A DNA stretch of 42,490 bases, taken from a virus (Duplodnaviria; Caudoviricetes). Both the position numbers and the translations under genes were made by a program. Every line of letters starts with the position of its first letter. The first letter of the stretch is position 1. Below, one piece after another: positions 1 to 9,845 of the stretch. The DNA lies in the IMG/VR virus record IMGVR_UViG_3300030397_001003, positions 1 through 42,490 of that record. One strand, written 5' to 3'. The notes below the pieces were generated by a model. It had not been told where the DNA came from and searched no databases. It saw nothing but the letters and a program-made list of their open reading frames with translations.

Positions 1-188
1 GTTTCCCAGTCACGATCACACTTGCAGATAGTTATTTCTCCCTCAATTGATTTTGATACCTGCATGTCTGGGTCGTGTGGGCATTCAATGCTTTGACCAT
101 AGTCTAGTTTTTCAGCAATAATGTCATATTCTCTCTCACTGTGGTCTCTGATGTATTCAGAGTAACTTGAATCTGTTGTTGAAATCAT
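1..188 (-). CDS. Small hypothetical protein (MISTTDSSYSEY...), runs off the window edge
   Basis: ATG at 188, frame open to base 1; closes ACT-AAA-TAA if joined to the window end. Confidence 0.55.
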   Translation of the reverse strand, partial: MISTTDSSYSEYIRDHSEREYDIIAEKLDYGQSIECPHDPDMQVSKSIEGEITICKCDRDWE

Positions 189-216
189 ATTATTATTAGT
201 ACTGCCTTTTTCCATA

Positions 217-405
217 CTAATCAATCCGTGTTACGGCCACCACACCGTTGTTTAAAGTCATTACTTTTTTTACATAGCCAAATTTTCGCCAGCTCCAATA
301 TCTTAGTAGGATTGTCTCTCCCTCTTGAATCTTTATGTGATTCTCTTTCTTGGTAAGGGAAAAACTGAAAAACGGTGTGGAGATGCCTATTGAATCCTCG
401 CTCAT
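217..405 (-). CDS. Hypothetical protein
   Basis: 62-aa ORF with an AT-rich TATA-like stretch ~25-35 nt upstream. Confidence 0.45.
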   Translation of the reverse strand: MSEDSIGISTPFFSFSLTKKENHIKIQEGETILLRYWSWRKFGYVKKVMTLNNGVVAVTRID

Positions 406-478
406 TATTACTTTCTATTTTAGTCAAACAGTATATGTTAAAAGTGATTAGACATAAATCTTGATTGTATATATGCAT

Positions 479-943
479 TTAATCAGTATATGTCACAGGA
501 TTTGCCCCGTCTGGAACCTCTACTGCTTGAATTGTTCCTTCAACATCCACATTAGCATCGATTGTTGTCACTTCCAATCGTAGCACTTGGGTAGCATCTA
601 CTTTATGCCATAGATTTTTGAATTCATGTTCACCGTAACCATTGGCAGTAGAAAGAACAACACCATGACATGTTTCTACTACTGTTCCATTTACTTGTAA
701 TTCAATAACAACATCCTGAACCGCTGCTGAACCTGCGAGAAGATGAAAATTGACTTTTGCAGCAGAGAGATAGAGATCCTTGGAGGCTGCTGCTGTTATA
801 GAGCATAATGTTCCAGTAGCACTAAGAAAGCCTTCATCTTCTTTCAGCCTACCATCAAATTCTGCTTGGACGATTATGTTTGTCGTATCCTCATCACCTT
901 GTAGAATTTGTCGATTGAATAGCGTTGAAGCGATAAAACTCAA
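479..943 (-). CDS. Beta-rich putative minor virion/fibre-associated protein
   Basis: 154 aa, Ala/Val/Thr-rich beta-sandwich-like composition, at the distal end of the tail module. Confidence 0.55.
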   Translation of the reverse strand: MSFIASTLFNRQILQGDEDTTNIIVQAEFDGRLKEDEGFLSATGTLCSITAAASKDLYLSAAKVNFHLLAGSAAVQDVVIELQVNGTVVETCHGVVLSTANGYGEHEFKNLWHKVDATQVLRLEVTTIDANVDVEGTIQAVEVPDGANPVTYTD

Positions 944-1161
944 TCATTTTTTACCTCATTACTGCATTTTTCATTGTCGACTTTACTCTTAAGATCTTGA
1001 CATTCTTTTTTTAATTTGGTAATTAAAATATCTAAATCTTCGACTTGTTTCTTAAGATTTGTATTCTCTACTCTAAAATTTTCATGAGCTGCCTGTAATT
1101 CTTCAATTCTTTTAATAAATGGCACCTTGATATAATCCTCAAATTCTTTGAAGAGATTCAT
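940..1161 (-). CDS. Coiled-coil hypothetical protein
   Basis: Heptad pattern (IEELQAAHENFRVENTNLKKQVEDL); ATG 1161 is the likelier start; 4-nt overlap with the next gene. Confidence 0.6.
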   Translation of the reverse strand: MNLFKEFEDYIKVPFIKRIEELQAAHENFRVENTNLKKQVEDLDILITKLKKECQDLKSKVDNEKCSNEVKND

Positions 1162-1212
1162 CACTTCTCTAAGAATAGAAATGTATAAAAGGTTAGTTAT
1201 TCTTGCTGTTCT

Positions 1213-1569
1213 ATGGAGAGTCAATCGAAAGTACTATTAGGTGTGGCTGCATTGTTGGTTGTTTTTTCATCATACCAAATCAGTCATGCATACGCTGAAA
1301 GTGTCATTCTTGGTGATACTGAGTCGTTTGTCATTGTATCTGATGATGACAAATTTGAGGAGGCAATACTACGAGGATACATCATTGATAAAAATGATAT
1401 CTTCAGAGAAAGAGTATATGATGATCGAACTACTGTTTTTGGTCATACTGTTACAGGCGAATCAGTATACATCATATATTCAGAAGATTTGATCAAAGCA
1501 AAGATTTGGAGTAATGATGGAAGCGTAATTCGTATAATAGAATCTGCTGAAACATTCTCAAACCTTTAA
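1213..1569 (+). CDS. Secreted/membrane-anchored hypothetical protein
   Basis: N-terminal signal peptide (KVLLGVAALLVVFSS...SHAYA); TATAAAA ~25 nt upstream; T-tract after the stop. Confidence 0.7.
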   Translation: MESQSKVLLGVAALLVVFSSYQISHAYAESVILGDTESFVIVSDDDKFEEAILRGYIIDKNDIFRERVYDDRTTVFGHTVTGESVYIIYSEDLIKAKIWSNDGSVIRIIESAETFSNL

Positions 1570-1578
1570 TTTTTTATT

Positions 1579-3771
1579 CTATGGTTCGATTACAATCTGT
1601 TGTGCTGCACCAGTTGGGAATATTGCCATGAGTCTAGTTTTTCCTGCTCCATTGTCCTCTGCATATATTTTTACTGCGTTAGATGCACCAGTAGGGGCGG
1701 TACCCATTTCATCCATTATTATCTCATTGTCTTGCATATCAAGTTGATTGGCTAATCTAAATGAAGAATCGTTGTATCGAAAGATTTCAGTAGAATTTGC
1801 AGTTACTACATGAGTACTTCCTGTTACCGCTAGTTTATTTCCAGTACCAGAATATTGAAGATCATTGGAATTTAGTTCTAATGCTACCTCCATCTCAAAA
1901 TTAGTTGCATCAACATGGGCTACTGAAACATCATTGATTTTAAAATCATGATCATCACCTGTTGGGGCATTATAATTAATACCCCCAGCATCGGCATATA
2001 GTGAAGGAGTTGATGAACTTGGAGCACCAGTGGTATTACGAAACTCAATGTTTGATAGGTCTTGCAAGTCAAACCCATCAGCGTCAATATTAGATGTCCA
2101 TGGGGTTGGACTCTTGACTAGCAAATCCGTTTCAGTTCCAGCCGAATCTCTGAAATATAATGTTGTTGTTCCTCCATCATCAGCAACATACAATCTACCA
2201 GAGTTGGCCGGAGGATTTCCTGGGGTAGTCATTTCTTTTATCTCTAGAAAATTGGCAAAGTAAGCATCGGCCCAACTTTGGCCAGCAGAACCAAAAGCGA
2301 TACCATCGTCTCTATTTGGCCTGACAACATCCACATTAGCACTGAATCTAAAGGTAGCATCACTACCTGTATAATCAACAATGGCAGCAAGTGCATTATC
2401 ATGCATTACACGAATATCAAAATCAGCTTGTTTACTTGTACTTGTTACATCATCCATATTCGTGCGTATTGCTGCATAGGTTACATTGGCTAACAAATCA
2501 TCATTGCCTGTAAAATTAATGGTACCTACCACATCATTATCAGTAGGTGTTTGATCATTGTTGTTTAGTTTTATAACAGGTCCATTCTGATTCTCAGTCC
2601 TTATTTCATGTTCTGCATCTTGTACTTGTTCAATAACCTCACCATTGATGGTTCTGAAAAATTGATCTCCTGCATCGACATTCTGAACCATGTCGCCAGA
2701 GGCATCTAGATAGATTGATGGTACTGTTCCGGCTGGGGTTCCTGTACTTACTCTGAATTCAATGTTTGATATGTCCTTTAGATCAAATCCGTCGGCATCT
2801 ATGTCAGAAGTCCAAGGAGTCTGCCCTAATGCACCACCTTTACTTGATACCACCCAATACCAGTTAGTTCCTTGATCTGTTGTGTACAATATCACATCGG
2901 TTTGGTCACTAGCAGTTTCTGATACTGTTGGTGTTGATGAATTCAGTGGTGATCTTTTTACGGTTGATGGCCAAGATACAGTATGTCCACCTGTTCCATC
3001 TTGGATGAATATGATATGGACCAATTGGTATTTGGATGCTGTTTCGTTTGTGAGGTCCATTGTGATGTCTTTGTCTACAGTTATTGTGTAGACATTGCCT
3101 ATTGAACAGTCAATGTCAGTTGTGGTTGGTTCTGTTTGAGGAGTTACAGCAGTTACGGTTTGCAGCAATGGTTCTGTTAATGTTCCACCACCGGCTGACA
3201 TTGAAGATATGACCACCCAACCACCATTGTTTGAATTTGGTGATACGGTTACATCAAACTGCAACATGACAATCTTGGGGTCTGTGGATGTTGTTATCAC
3301 AAAATCTGCTTGGTCAGATGTGACTATGTTACCGCCGGCATTGTTTGAATAGTCTTCCAAGGTTAACACACTTGCTGCAGGCACCTGTAAGAACAGTAAT
3401 TGACCTGCAAATTGCGCACCCTTGATTAGTTGAATTTTGTCAGGAGATGAGAACGAAGCTATAACTCTTGATGAGGCTTGTGGTGTAGATGTCTGGCTTG
3501 GGGATATGTCTAGTTCATCACTGGCGTTTATTGATACAGTTGCAGGATAGAAGGCAATTGGACCTACCATCGTGTCACCTTGTACCTTTAGATAATTTGC
3601 TTGGGCTGCTTGCACACCGCCAGCAGAAGACCCAACATTTCCTAACGGGGCATTTCCAATAATGCCAGGAGTGTTTGCAAATCTTCGTAGTGAATAAAGT
3701 TCACTGTTTTTCCTTAGATTTTGGAGCAGTAGGTCAGTTGCAGTCATTGTGAATTTTGCTTTCTGAACCAT
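1579..3771 (-). CDS. Tail fibre / receptor-binding protein
   Basis: 730 aa, T/S/G/D-rich; fibre-type module IQDGTGGHTVSWP; internal duplicated TPWTSxIDADGFDL module; last large tail gene. Confidence 0.8.
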   Translation of the reverse strand: MVQKAKFTMTATDLLLQNLRKNSELYSLRRFANTPGIIGNAPLGNVGSSAGGVQAAQANYLKVQGDTMVGPIAFYPATVSINASDELDISPSQTSTPQASSRVIASFSSPDKIQLIKGAQFAGQLLFLQVPAASVLTLEDYSNNAGGNIVTSDQADFVITTSTDPKIVMLQFDVTVSPNSNNGGWVVISSMSAGGGTLTEPLLQTVTAVTPQTEPTTTDIDCSIGNVYTITVDKDITMDLTNETASKYQLVHIIFIQDGTGGHTVSWPSTVKRSPLNSSTPTVSETASDQTDVILYTTDQGTNWYWVVSSKGGALGQTPWTSDIDADGFDLKDISNIEFRVSTGTPAGTVPSIYLDASGDMVQNVDAGDQFFRTINGEVIEQVQDAEHEIRTENQNGPVIKLNNNDQTPTDNDVVGTINFTGNDDLLANVTYAAIRTNMDDVTSTSKQADFDIRVMHDNALAAIVDYTGSDATFRFSANVDVVRPNRDDGIAFGSAGQSWADAYFANFLEIKEMTTPGNPPANSGRLYVADDGGTTTLYFRDSAGTETDLLVKSPTPWTSNIDADGFDLQDLSNIEFRNTTGAPSSSTPSLYADAGGINYNAPTGDDHDFKINDVSVAHVDATNFEMEVALELNSNDLQYSGTGNKLAVTGSTHVVTANSTEIFRYNDSSFRLANQLDMQDNEIIMDEMGTAPTGASNAVKIYAEDNGAGKTRLMAIFPTGAAQQIVIEP

Positions 3772-6423
3772 CTATGACAACCTCTTTACTCCTTCTATTG
3801 TTCTGATAAACCCACCTAATCCGGTTTCTGGTTTGTCAATTGAGTATGTTATCTGTTTGGCTACAAGATTTATTGTATTTGCACCATTGTCGGTATCATT
3901 GATGATTCTATCATTGTTTAATGTGAATTGCTCAAATAGTCCTATATTGAATCGTCCTTCTGTTCTTACCTCATACTGACGATGCCTGAATTGATCCTTT
4001 TCCAACTGCGCTAAATTGGCTTGGTCTAACTGGTACCTGTTGAATATCAATGGCTCTTCATTTGCCTCCACAAACATCGCGCGTCCTGATGTTACTGGAT
4101 CTGAGACTGATAATAATGGCTTTACAAAGTGGAATGCGTCTATCTTCCATTTTATGTTGAATCCATCATTAAACAATCCTGCAATAAAATCCTCAATGTT
4201 TGGGAACAGTACACCAAATGCATTTGTAAGCAATGTGTATCTTCCAGCCTCATCAAATGGAGCCATCCATTGGAATCCTATCTTTCTAATGTTGGTATAG
4301 TCGAATCTCTGCAGAATTTCCACATCCTGTAAGAATATGTTGGAGCCTGAGCTTTCCAGAGACCAAGGTATTCTTGCCCGGTATTCATTGAATGCATTGA
4401 ATGGAATTGTTATCTCTTCCCAATTGTTGTTGTGGGATATTGTAAAGTCAGCTATTGCAACATTGTCATTTAGATCATACAGATAACATCTACATGGAAT
4501 GTTACCTGTTCTGATGAGGTTTCCTGAACCATCCTTTCTGTACCTCCATTCAAAGTCAGTCATGAATCTTATTGCTTCCTTGGGACCATACTCATCTGAT
4601 CTACTATGATTGAAACCAAGTTTGGAGTTTGATGCATATGACATTCCATTTGTATCAAATGTTACTGGTTCTCTTACTGTGGCTGATTCGCCGTAGGTGG
4701 CTCCAATTGTTGCACCATTGTACGAGTTTGGAGGAAATGGTGCCTTTAGGTTGATACATGCTCCTGCACGATAATAAGTTCTTGATGAGGTAGATGTGAT
4801 ATCACTTTGAGAATACCGGAACTCGTATTGAACAGCAGAACTATCTCCAAATGTTCCACCAGCACCATTGTTCTTTTCATTGTGTCCTGCTACATTGCTG
4901 ATAGAATAGACAGGATGATAACAATCATTTGCCTCAGCATTGCTAGAGTCATCAGCCCATATTCCACCAGATTTTTTGTACACTTTGGCCTCATCATCTA
5001 CTGCAACATATTCATCATCTGATGTTGTTCTGAATAATCGCCATTCGTCCTCAAAGTCATCGTATTCTATGATGTTGTTATCAAATCCTGCAAAATCTCC
5101 GGTTCCAGTACCATCTACTAACACTCTGAAACCTCTATAGAAATCAGTGCCACCATACTTGTATTGAGATGGAACACCAGCAGGTGATGTAGCTCTTACA
5201 TCTACCCATGTTCTATAGAATGTTCCATCATAAACAACCTGATTCATGTCCCATACATACAAGGATGTTGCCAATGGTGGATCATTGTTTTGGGTTCCAT
5301 CTGGATTACCACCACAGGTTTTCCACTCATCATCTAGGTTGAGAGTCCAAGGAGAATATGTTCCAGAGATGCCTATCTCATTGGTAAGGAAATCTAGAAA
5401 ATTATAACTGTCCCAATCAGCATTGTTAACCTCTGTTGTTGGTGGTGCTGTTGAGGTTTCTTTGTTTGCCTTGAAATGTAGTTCGTCACCTTGTGAATCT
5501 GGTCCTGTGTTTCTTCTCCTCACTATTGATGAGTTTGGATATGTTACGCCTGATACATAATCAGGAGATGCAATCCAAGCAGTCAAGGCATCCCGGAACT
5601 TGCCCACTTGCGGTGGGTCTGTTCCAAAACTATCTGCTCCCCAGGTCATAGAGACTGTAGCCCGAGTGGATTCTATTCCACCCTCTTCGTCACCAGGATT
5701 AACAGAAGTACTATCAGTTAGAGTCACGCCACTGTCAGTAACACCAGATATTACAGAAAAGAATTTGAGATCGTTTTCGTTTGCAGAATTTCTATTGAAC
5801 CCAAACTCCCAAAAGTCTCCGCCTCCGCCGGCAGCAACAGAAGAACCTACCCTATCATGAATGTAAACAAGTGCATCATAAACTGTCATTGGTCTTATTG
5901 AGAATGGATAATGATTGGCTGTGTATTTTGGAAGTGTGTTAGCTGTTGTGTCATGTGCTGAGATTGATGGTTGACTGGACGCTTTTCCATCAGAGCCAGT
6001 ATAGATATTGATTACTTGCTCTGCTGCCGAATATGCCGATAATGCCTGTTCTCTTCTCTTTGATTGTAGGACAAACGGGAACCTCATCAGGTGATGTTCT
6101 GGACCTAAAAGATTCACTTCAAGTATTACACCACCAGGCACGTTATCTTTGGGTCTTAGTTTGTCCACTTCAAGATTAATTGTCTTGGTTACAGAGTCCT
6201 CATCTGTAACTGTAATTTGGATTAGGTCAAACTCATCAAGAAGTGGAGTAGAACCACCGTTTGCGTTTGTCATAAATGCACCATCTATTCCATCAAGAAC
6301 TAACGTTCCACTTCTTATTCTTCCACTACCTGTTTCGGTAAATTCAAGCCATTGGACATGTTCTGTTATGTCGGTGTTGGTAGTTGCAGGATCATATTCT
6401 ACTGTGTAACTGTATTCAGTCAT
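3772..6423 (-). CDS. Baseplate hub / tail tip protein
   Basis: 883 aa, hub-like N- and C-terminal segments around beta-rich carbohydrate-binding-like inserts; lies just before the fibre gene. Confidence 0.65.
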   Translation of the reverse strand: MTEYSYTVEYDPATTNTDITEHVQWLEFTETGSGRIRSGTLVLDGIDGAFMTNANGGSTPLLDEFDLIQITVTDEDSVTKTINLEVDKLRPKDNVPGGVILEVNLLGPEHHLMRFPFVLQSKRREQALSAYSAAEQVINIYTGSDGKASSQPSISAHDTTANTLPKYTANHYPFSIRPMTVYDALVYIHDRVGSSVAAGGGGDFWEFGFNRNSANENDLKFFSVISGVTDSGVTLTDSTSVNPGDEEGGIESTRATVSMTWGADSFGTDPPQVGKFRDALTAWIASPDYVSGVTYPNSSIVRRRNTGPDSQGDELHFKANKETSTAPPTTEVNNADWDSYNFLDFLTNEIGISGTYSPWTLNLDDEWKTCGGNPDGTQNNDPPLATSLYVWDMNQVVYDGTFYRTWVDVRATSPAGVPSQYKYGGTDFYRGFRVLVDGTGTGDFAGFDNNIIEYDDFEDEWRLFRTTSDDEYVAVDDEAKVYKKSGGIWADDSSNAEANDCYHPVYSISNVAGHNEKNNGAGGTFGDSSAVQYEFRYSQSDITSTSSRTYYRAGACINLKAPFPPNSYNGATIGATYGESATVREPVTFDTNGMSYASNSKLGFNHSRSDEYGPKEAIRFMTDFEWRYRKDGSGNLIRTGNIPCRCYLYDLNDNVAIADFTISHNNNWEEITIPFNAFNEYRARIPWSLESSGSNIFLQDVEILQRFDYTNIRKIGFQWMAPFDEAGRYTLLTNAFGVLFPNIEDFIAGLFNDGFNIKWKIDAFHFVKPLLSVSDPVTSGRAMFVEANEEPLIFNRYQLDQANLAQLEKDQFRHRQYEVRTEGRFNIGLFEQFTLNNDRIINDTDNGANTINLVAKQITYSIDKPETGLGGFIRTIEGVKRLS

Positions 6424-6435
6424 TTTGATAATCCC

Positions 6436-6945
6436 CTACGATATTGTAAATGATGATGGTGTCGCTCCGTTTCGGTAGAATTTAGCTATGAATCCTAATG
6501 TTCCTCTGTCCGTCTCACGCGCTGTGACATAGGCATCGTGTAATAGATAAGCCTCTGTACTGGTTGGGACTAGATTAATTGTTGCTGTACTAAAATCATC
6601 TACTCTGATTCCCCATCTTCCCCAAGGCAATGATGCGTTGGTTCCTGACTCTACTTGCCAGTTATGGAAAAGATGTGGTCCTACTGTGTTAGTTTTATCT
6701 GTGAAATAGCCTGCAATTGTAACCTCTATGATTCCTAGTTTTCCATCTTGCCATTTTGTCATAGAACGTCTTGGATTTGGGTGTGGGTTTACGTCTCTCT
6801 TCCATCTTATGTCAGTCTCTACCATGCTTCCGGTTTGGTCTGGAACAGAACCACCATCAAACTCAATGATGTCTTTTGCTGTTCTTGCTGTGGCTTCTGT
6901 GTCACCACTTGTAGCAATTCGGAATATTGCACTACCACCAGCCAT
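6436..6945 (-). CDS. Putative distal tail protein
   Basis: 169 aa, beta-rich; lies between the tape-measure candidate and the hub. Confidence 0.5.
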   Translation of the reverse strand: MAGGSAIFRIATSGDTEATARTAKDIIEFDGGSVPDQTGSMVETDIRWKRDVNPHPNPRRSMTKWQDGKLGIIEVTIAGYFTDKTNTVGPHLFHNWQVESGTNASLPWGRWGIRVDDFSTATINLVPTSTEAYLLHDAYVTARETDRGTLGFIAKFYRNGATPSSFTIS

Positions 6946-6947
6946 AC

Positions 6948-7364
6948 TTAGAACAACCTCCTCATTTTTCTAGAATATTTGTTACTAGTATGACATTTAC
7001 ATATCAGACATCTACGAGAGTTATTGGTATCAATGTAAAGATTGCCACCAGAATATGGATGACCTTGAGGACAGTGTGTCTTTTTGTTGTTAATAGCCGA
7101 AAAACTTGATCCTCTTAGTATATTTTCTTTTAAACTCACTTGTTCTAGATGGTTAGGGTTAACACATGAATGGTTTCTACATAAATGATCTATACATAAC
7201 CCTTTGATTAATGGACCATTAAACAATTCATATGAAATTCGATGTGCTCTAAATCGTTTGCCATTAATGTAAAATCTTCCATATCCTTTCTCTTTGACTC
7301 CTTTCCAATTCCAACAAGAGGAAGTTATTTCCACTTTTGCTAAAAATCTGTCTACTAAATCCAT
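6948..7364 (-). CDS. HNH homing endonuclease (HNH_3 type)
   Basis: CWNW...GYG...AHRISY...IDHLCRNHSCVNPNHL motif and C-terminal KTHCPQGH zinc-binding domain. Confidence 0.92.
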   Translation of the reverse strand: MDLVDRFLAKVEITSSCWNWKGVKEKGYGRFYINGKRFRAHRISYELFNGPLIKGLCIDHLCRNHSCVNPNHLEQVSLKENILRGSSFSAINNKKTHCPQGHPYSGGNLYIDTNNSRRCLICKCHTSNKYSRKMRRLF

Positions 7365-8060
7365 TTAAAACAAACCTCTACTATGATCAACATAATCAAT
7401 CTCTCCCATGAATGATTTGTCAATACCACCATCTCTTAGCATTCTCAATGTGTTTGTATTAGTTACACCAGTTTGGTTATGATTCAGGAATCCCTTTCCT
7501 GATTGGAAAATCAAACCTTTCTGTCCTATTCTGATATCGTATGAGGTTTGTCTATCTTGCAATGCATTGAATTCCTCTGACATTATTCTCTTGAATCTCA
7601 GATCAAATGGTCCACCTGGTTTGAACATCTCATGGATTAGTATTGGGACTACCGAAGATGCTACAAAAGATGCTACTGCTGCATGTGGTAGAAATGGTAA
7701 TGCCTCTGATACCAAACTAGTTGGGTCTTTTAGTTTTGCTAAAACTTCTCTTGAGAGCCCCAAAGCCTGGGCCGCTTTGCCTTTTCCTACTGGTGTTTCT
7801 GCTTCTCCACCACTGTTACCAGCAGAGCCTCCAATTAATCCCTCATCTTCCATGTAGCGAAGTACAGCAGTTCTAATTGCATTGTCTATGATGTCCCCAA
7901 ATCCGGTAACTTCTGGTACATTTACAACCTTGTTTATTGTTCGTGCCTCATCACCAGCAGATGAGATATCAATACCAAGCAAGTATTGTTCTAACATCTG
8001 GCGTAATACAGATTCTATCTCTCCACCTTGGGCACCACCAGTTGTTGGACTGAAACTCAT
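7365..8060 (-). CDS. Putative short tape-measure protein
   Basis: 231 aa, helical, Gly/Ala-rich with a hydrophobic segment; occupies the tape-measure position. Confidence 0.4.
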   Translation of the reverse strand: MSFSPTTGGAQGGEIESVLRQMLEQYLLGIDISSAGDEARTINKVVNVPEVTGFGDIIDNAIRTAVLRYMEDEGLIGGSAGNSGGEAETPVGKGKAAQALGLSREVLAKLKDPTSLVSEALPFLPHAAVASFVASSVVPILIHEMFKPGGPFDLRFKRIMSEEFNALQDRQTSYDIRIGQKGLIFQSGKGFLNHNQTGVTNTNTLRMLRDGGIDKSFMGEIDYVDHSRGLF

Positions 8061-8479
8061 GATTCTGCTGGACTCCCGTCTACTGACTCTAGTCTGATGT
8101 CATATACTGCATATCCTTCCTCATCATGTGAGAATGTCAGGTCTTTCAACCTGTAAGTTCCTGAGATTGTTGATGTGGTTCCGTTGTCTCCTGTTTGAGC
8201 CAAACCAAAACTATGGGCATCAGGAAGGTTGAGTGTTTGAGCAGTCCAACCAATCCATGTTGCAATTTCTGGCTCTGTAACATAGAGTTGGGCTGTGATG
8301 TATAGATCACGTAATTCAAAGTGTTTATCCAATGTGTTGTTCATTTTCTGTCTCTTGATTACATCTGATGTGATGTGCAGTTTTGCATTTCGTAATTTTC
8401 CAAATGTGAGAGAATCAGTTGTGTTGGTAAGTGTGATGTTACCAGAATCCACCATCTCAACGTCTTCACCAGCAGACAT
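8057..8479 (-). CDS. Putative tail tube protein
   Basis: 140 aa with alternating beta-strand pattern like tube folds; position in the tail module. Confidence 0.5.
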   Translation of the reverse strand: MSAGEDVEMVDSGNITLTNTTDSLTFGKLRNAKLHITSDVIKRQKMNNTLDKHFELRDLYITAQLYVTEPEIATWIGWTAQTLNLPDAHSFGLAQTGDNGTTSTISGTYRLKDLTFSHDEEGYAVYDIRLESVDGSPAES

Positions 8480-8485
8480 CTTCTA

Positions 8486-9442
8486 TTACGCCACCGCCTG
8501 TACTGTGGGCTTGATTAGTCGCCCTGAGATTGTGTATTGAACCAAATTAGTATCATTAGTAGACATGCTCATGTCTGTGATCTTGGCGTAACTAGTCGCA
8601 GATAGTGTAGCTGGTGTTCCTTCAGTATTTGTTGTTTGATGAAGTAATGCAGCCTCTACATGCTGGCCATTTGCTTGCAATAGATAAATTCTGTTTAGTT
8701 TCTCAGCAGTAGAATCAATATCTGATTTTTTTGTAAATATTCTTGCAGAAAATGTTCCTCTAAATCTACCAACGCCAAGTCTTGGAATTCTTGCACCATT
8801 GGTGTTATTTTTGTATAATGCCTCTGTCACTGTGAATCCTTCGGATATCTGAACATTGTGGGCTTCAGTATACACATAATCACCAGCAGGGGCAGAATCC
8901 ATATTGGCTGATTCTGATACATCAAATGTTAGAACAAGGCCGAACCCTGAGAATACCTCATCTGATTTTGATATGACGTTGAGTAGTGTTAGGATTAATG
9001 TTCTGATAAGTTCAGGTTTTGAGCCATTGAAATCATCTCTGTTTCTCCAATTCCATGTTGCAGTGTGAAATACCCCATTACCTGCACTAGGAGAATAAAC
9101 TGTCTTTACTATTCGGCGAACTTCTTCAGTCATATCTTCAATGTCTTGTTCAGCCTCATTGAATTGAGTCTCGTTAGAACCTTTGAGTCTGTATCTACAT
9201 GTTACCTCAAACACATCACGTTTCTCTATGTAATCGGGGTATTCTATTTCATTTTCTGATGCAGCAGTGTTGATTTTACGAACCTCTACTGCCTTGGTCC
9301 ATTCATTACCAATTATTTGCTGTCTGGCAAAAAACTTGACAGTCTCCTTCATATCAGCAGCAGCGGTTTTTGCTAGTCTTCCTGTTAAGGCCCAGCCGGA
9401 TTCTATTGAATCACGAAGAGTGTCGGCACCATAGTCACCCAT
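8486..9442 (-). CDS. Tail completion/terminator-like domain fused to a tube-like domain
   Basis: N-half resembles neck/terminator proteins (EDMTEEVRRIV); C-half is tube-like (NVQISEG...GTFSA...VQYTISG). Confidence 0.45.
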   Translation of the reverse strand: MGDYGADTLRDSIESGWALTGRLAKTAAADMKETVKFFARQQIIGNEWTKAVEVRKINTAASENEIEYPDYIEKRDVFEVTCRYRLKGSNETQFNEAEQDIEDMTEEVRRIVKTVYSPSAGNGVFHTATWNWRNRDDFNGSKPELIRTLILTLLNVISKSDEVFSGFGLVLTFDVSESANMDSAPAGDYVYTEAHNVQISEGFTVTEALYKNNTNGARIPRLGVGRFRGTFSARIFTKKSDIDSTAEKLNRIYLLQANGQHVEAALLHQTTNTEGTPATLSATSYAKITDMSMSTNDTNLVQYTISGRLIKPTVQAVA

Positions 9443-9443
9443 G

Positions 9444-9812
9444 TTAGGCCTCCAAACCTGTTATTTTTGAGCTAGTCTTTGCAAATGTGCTTCCTGTTAT
9501 TCCAGTTGGGTTTTTCTTGGCATATTTGGCCATGATGTGGTCTTGGATACGTTTTTCCCAATGTTGTACCCCATCTATCACCCTGTCTTTTGCAGGTGTT
9601 TGCCAATAATTGTATGTGGCAGCAGCTAGATAATCGGCCAATCCAGGCAATTCAGCATCGCCTACAACCGGAACAGTGGCATGCATTTCAATTTGAGTGT
9701 TGATATATGCATCAACATTTGTTATGTTGTCGTTGATTTTATCATCTGCATCTGTGTCACCAGTGTCAATATTACATAATCGTTTAACATTAGCTAAAGT
9801 ACCATAAGCCAT
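9444..9812 (-). CDS. Head-tail adaptor protein
   Basis: MAYGTLANVK start and helical 122-aa size typical of gp6/gp15-type adaptors; follows the capsid gene. Confidence 0.75.
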   Translation of the reverse strand: MAYGTLANVKRLCNIDTGDTDADDKINDNITNVDAYINTQIEMHATVPVVGDAELPGLADYLAAATYNYWQTPAKDRVIDGVQHWEKRIQDHIMAKYAKKNPTGITGSTFAKTSSKITGLEA

Positions 9813-9832
9813 ACCATAATTTTGTTGAAAAT

Positions 9833-9845
9833 TATATCAGTGTTA
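9833..9845 (-). promoter_or_regulatory. Conserved late promoter motif TAACACTGATATA
   Basis: Exact 13-mer, 21 nt upstream of the adaptor ATG. Confidence 0.8.

Noticed and set aside
1-15. Resemblance to the M13 forward primer (TTTCCCAGTCACGA)
   Set aside because: Only a 14-nt match, lying inside an open viral reading frame, with no other vector sequence; likely chance
2039-2820. Diversity-generating retroelement template/variable repeat pair
   Set aside because: No reverse transcriptase in the window; differences are mostly synonymous and not adenine-specific
6945-7365. Intron around the HNH gene in the tail operon
   Set aside because: Flanking genes have their own stop and start codons within 0-2 nt of the HNH, leaving no room for intron structure
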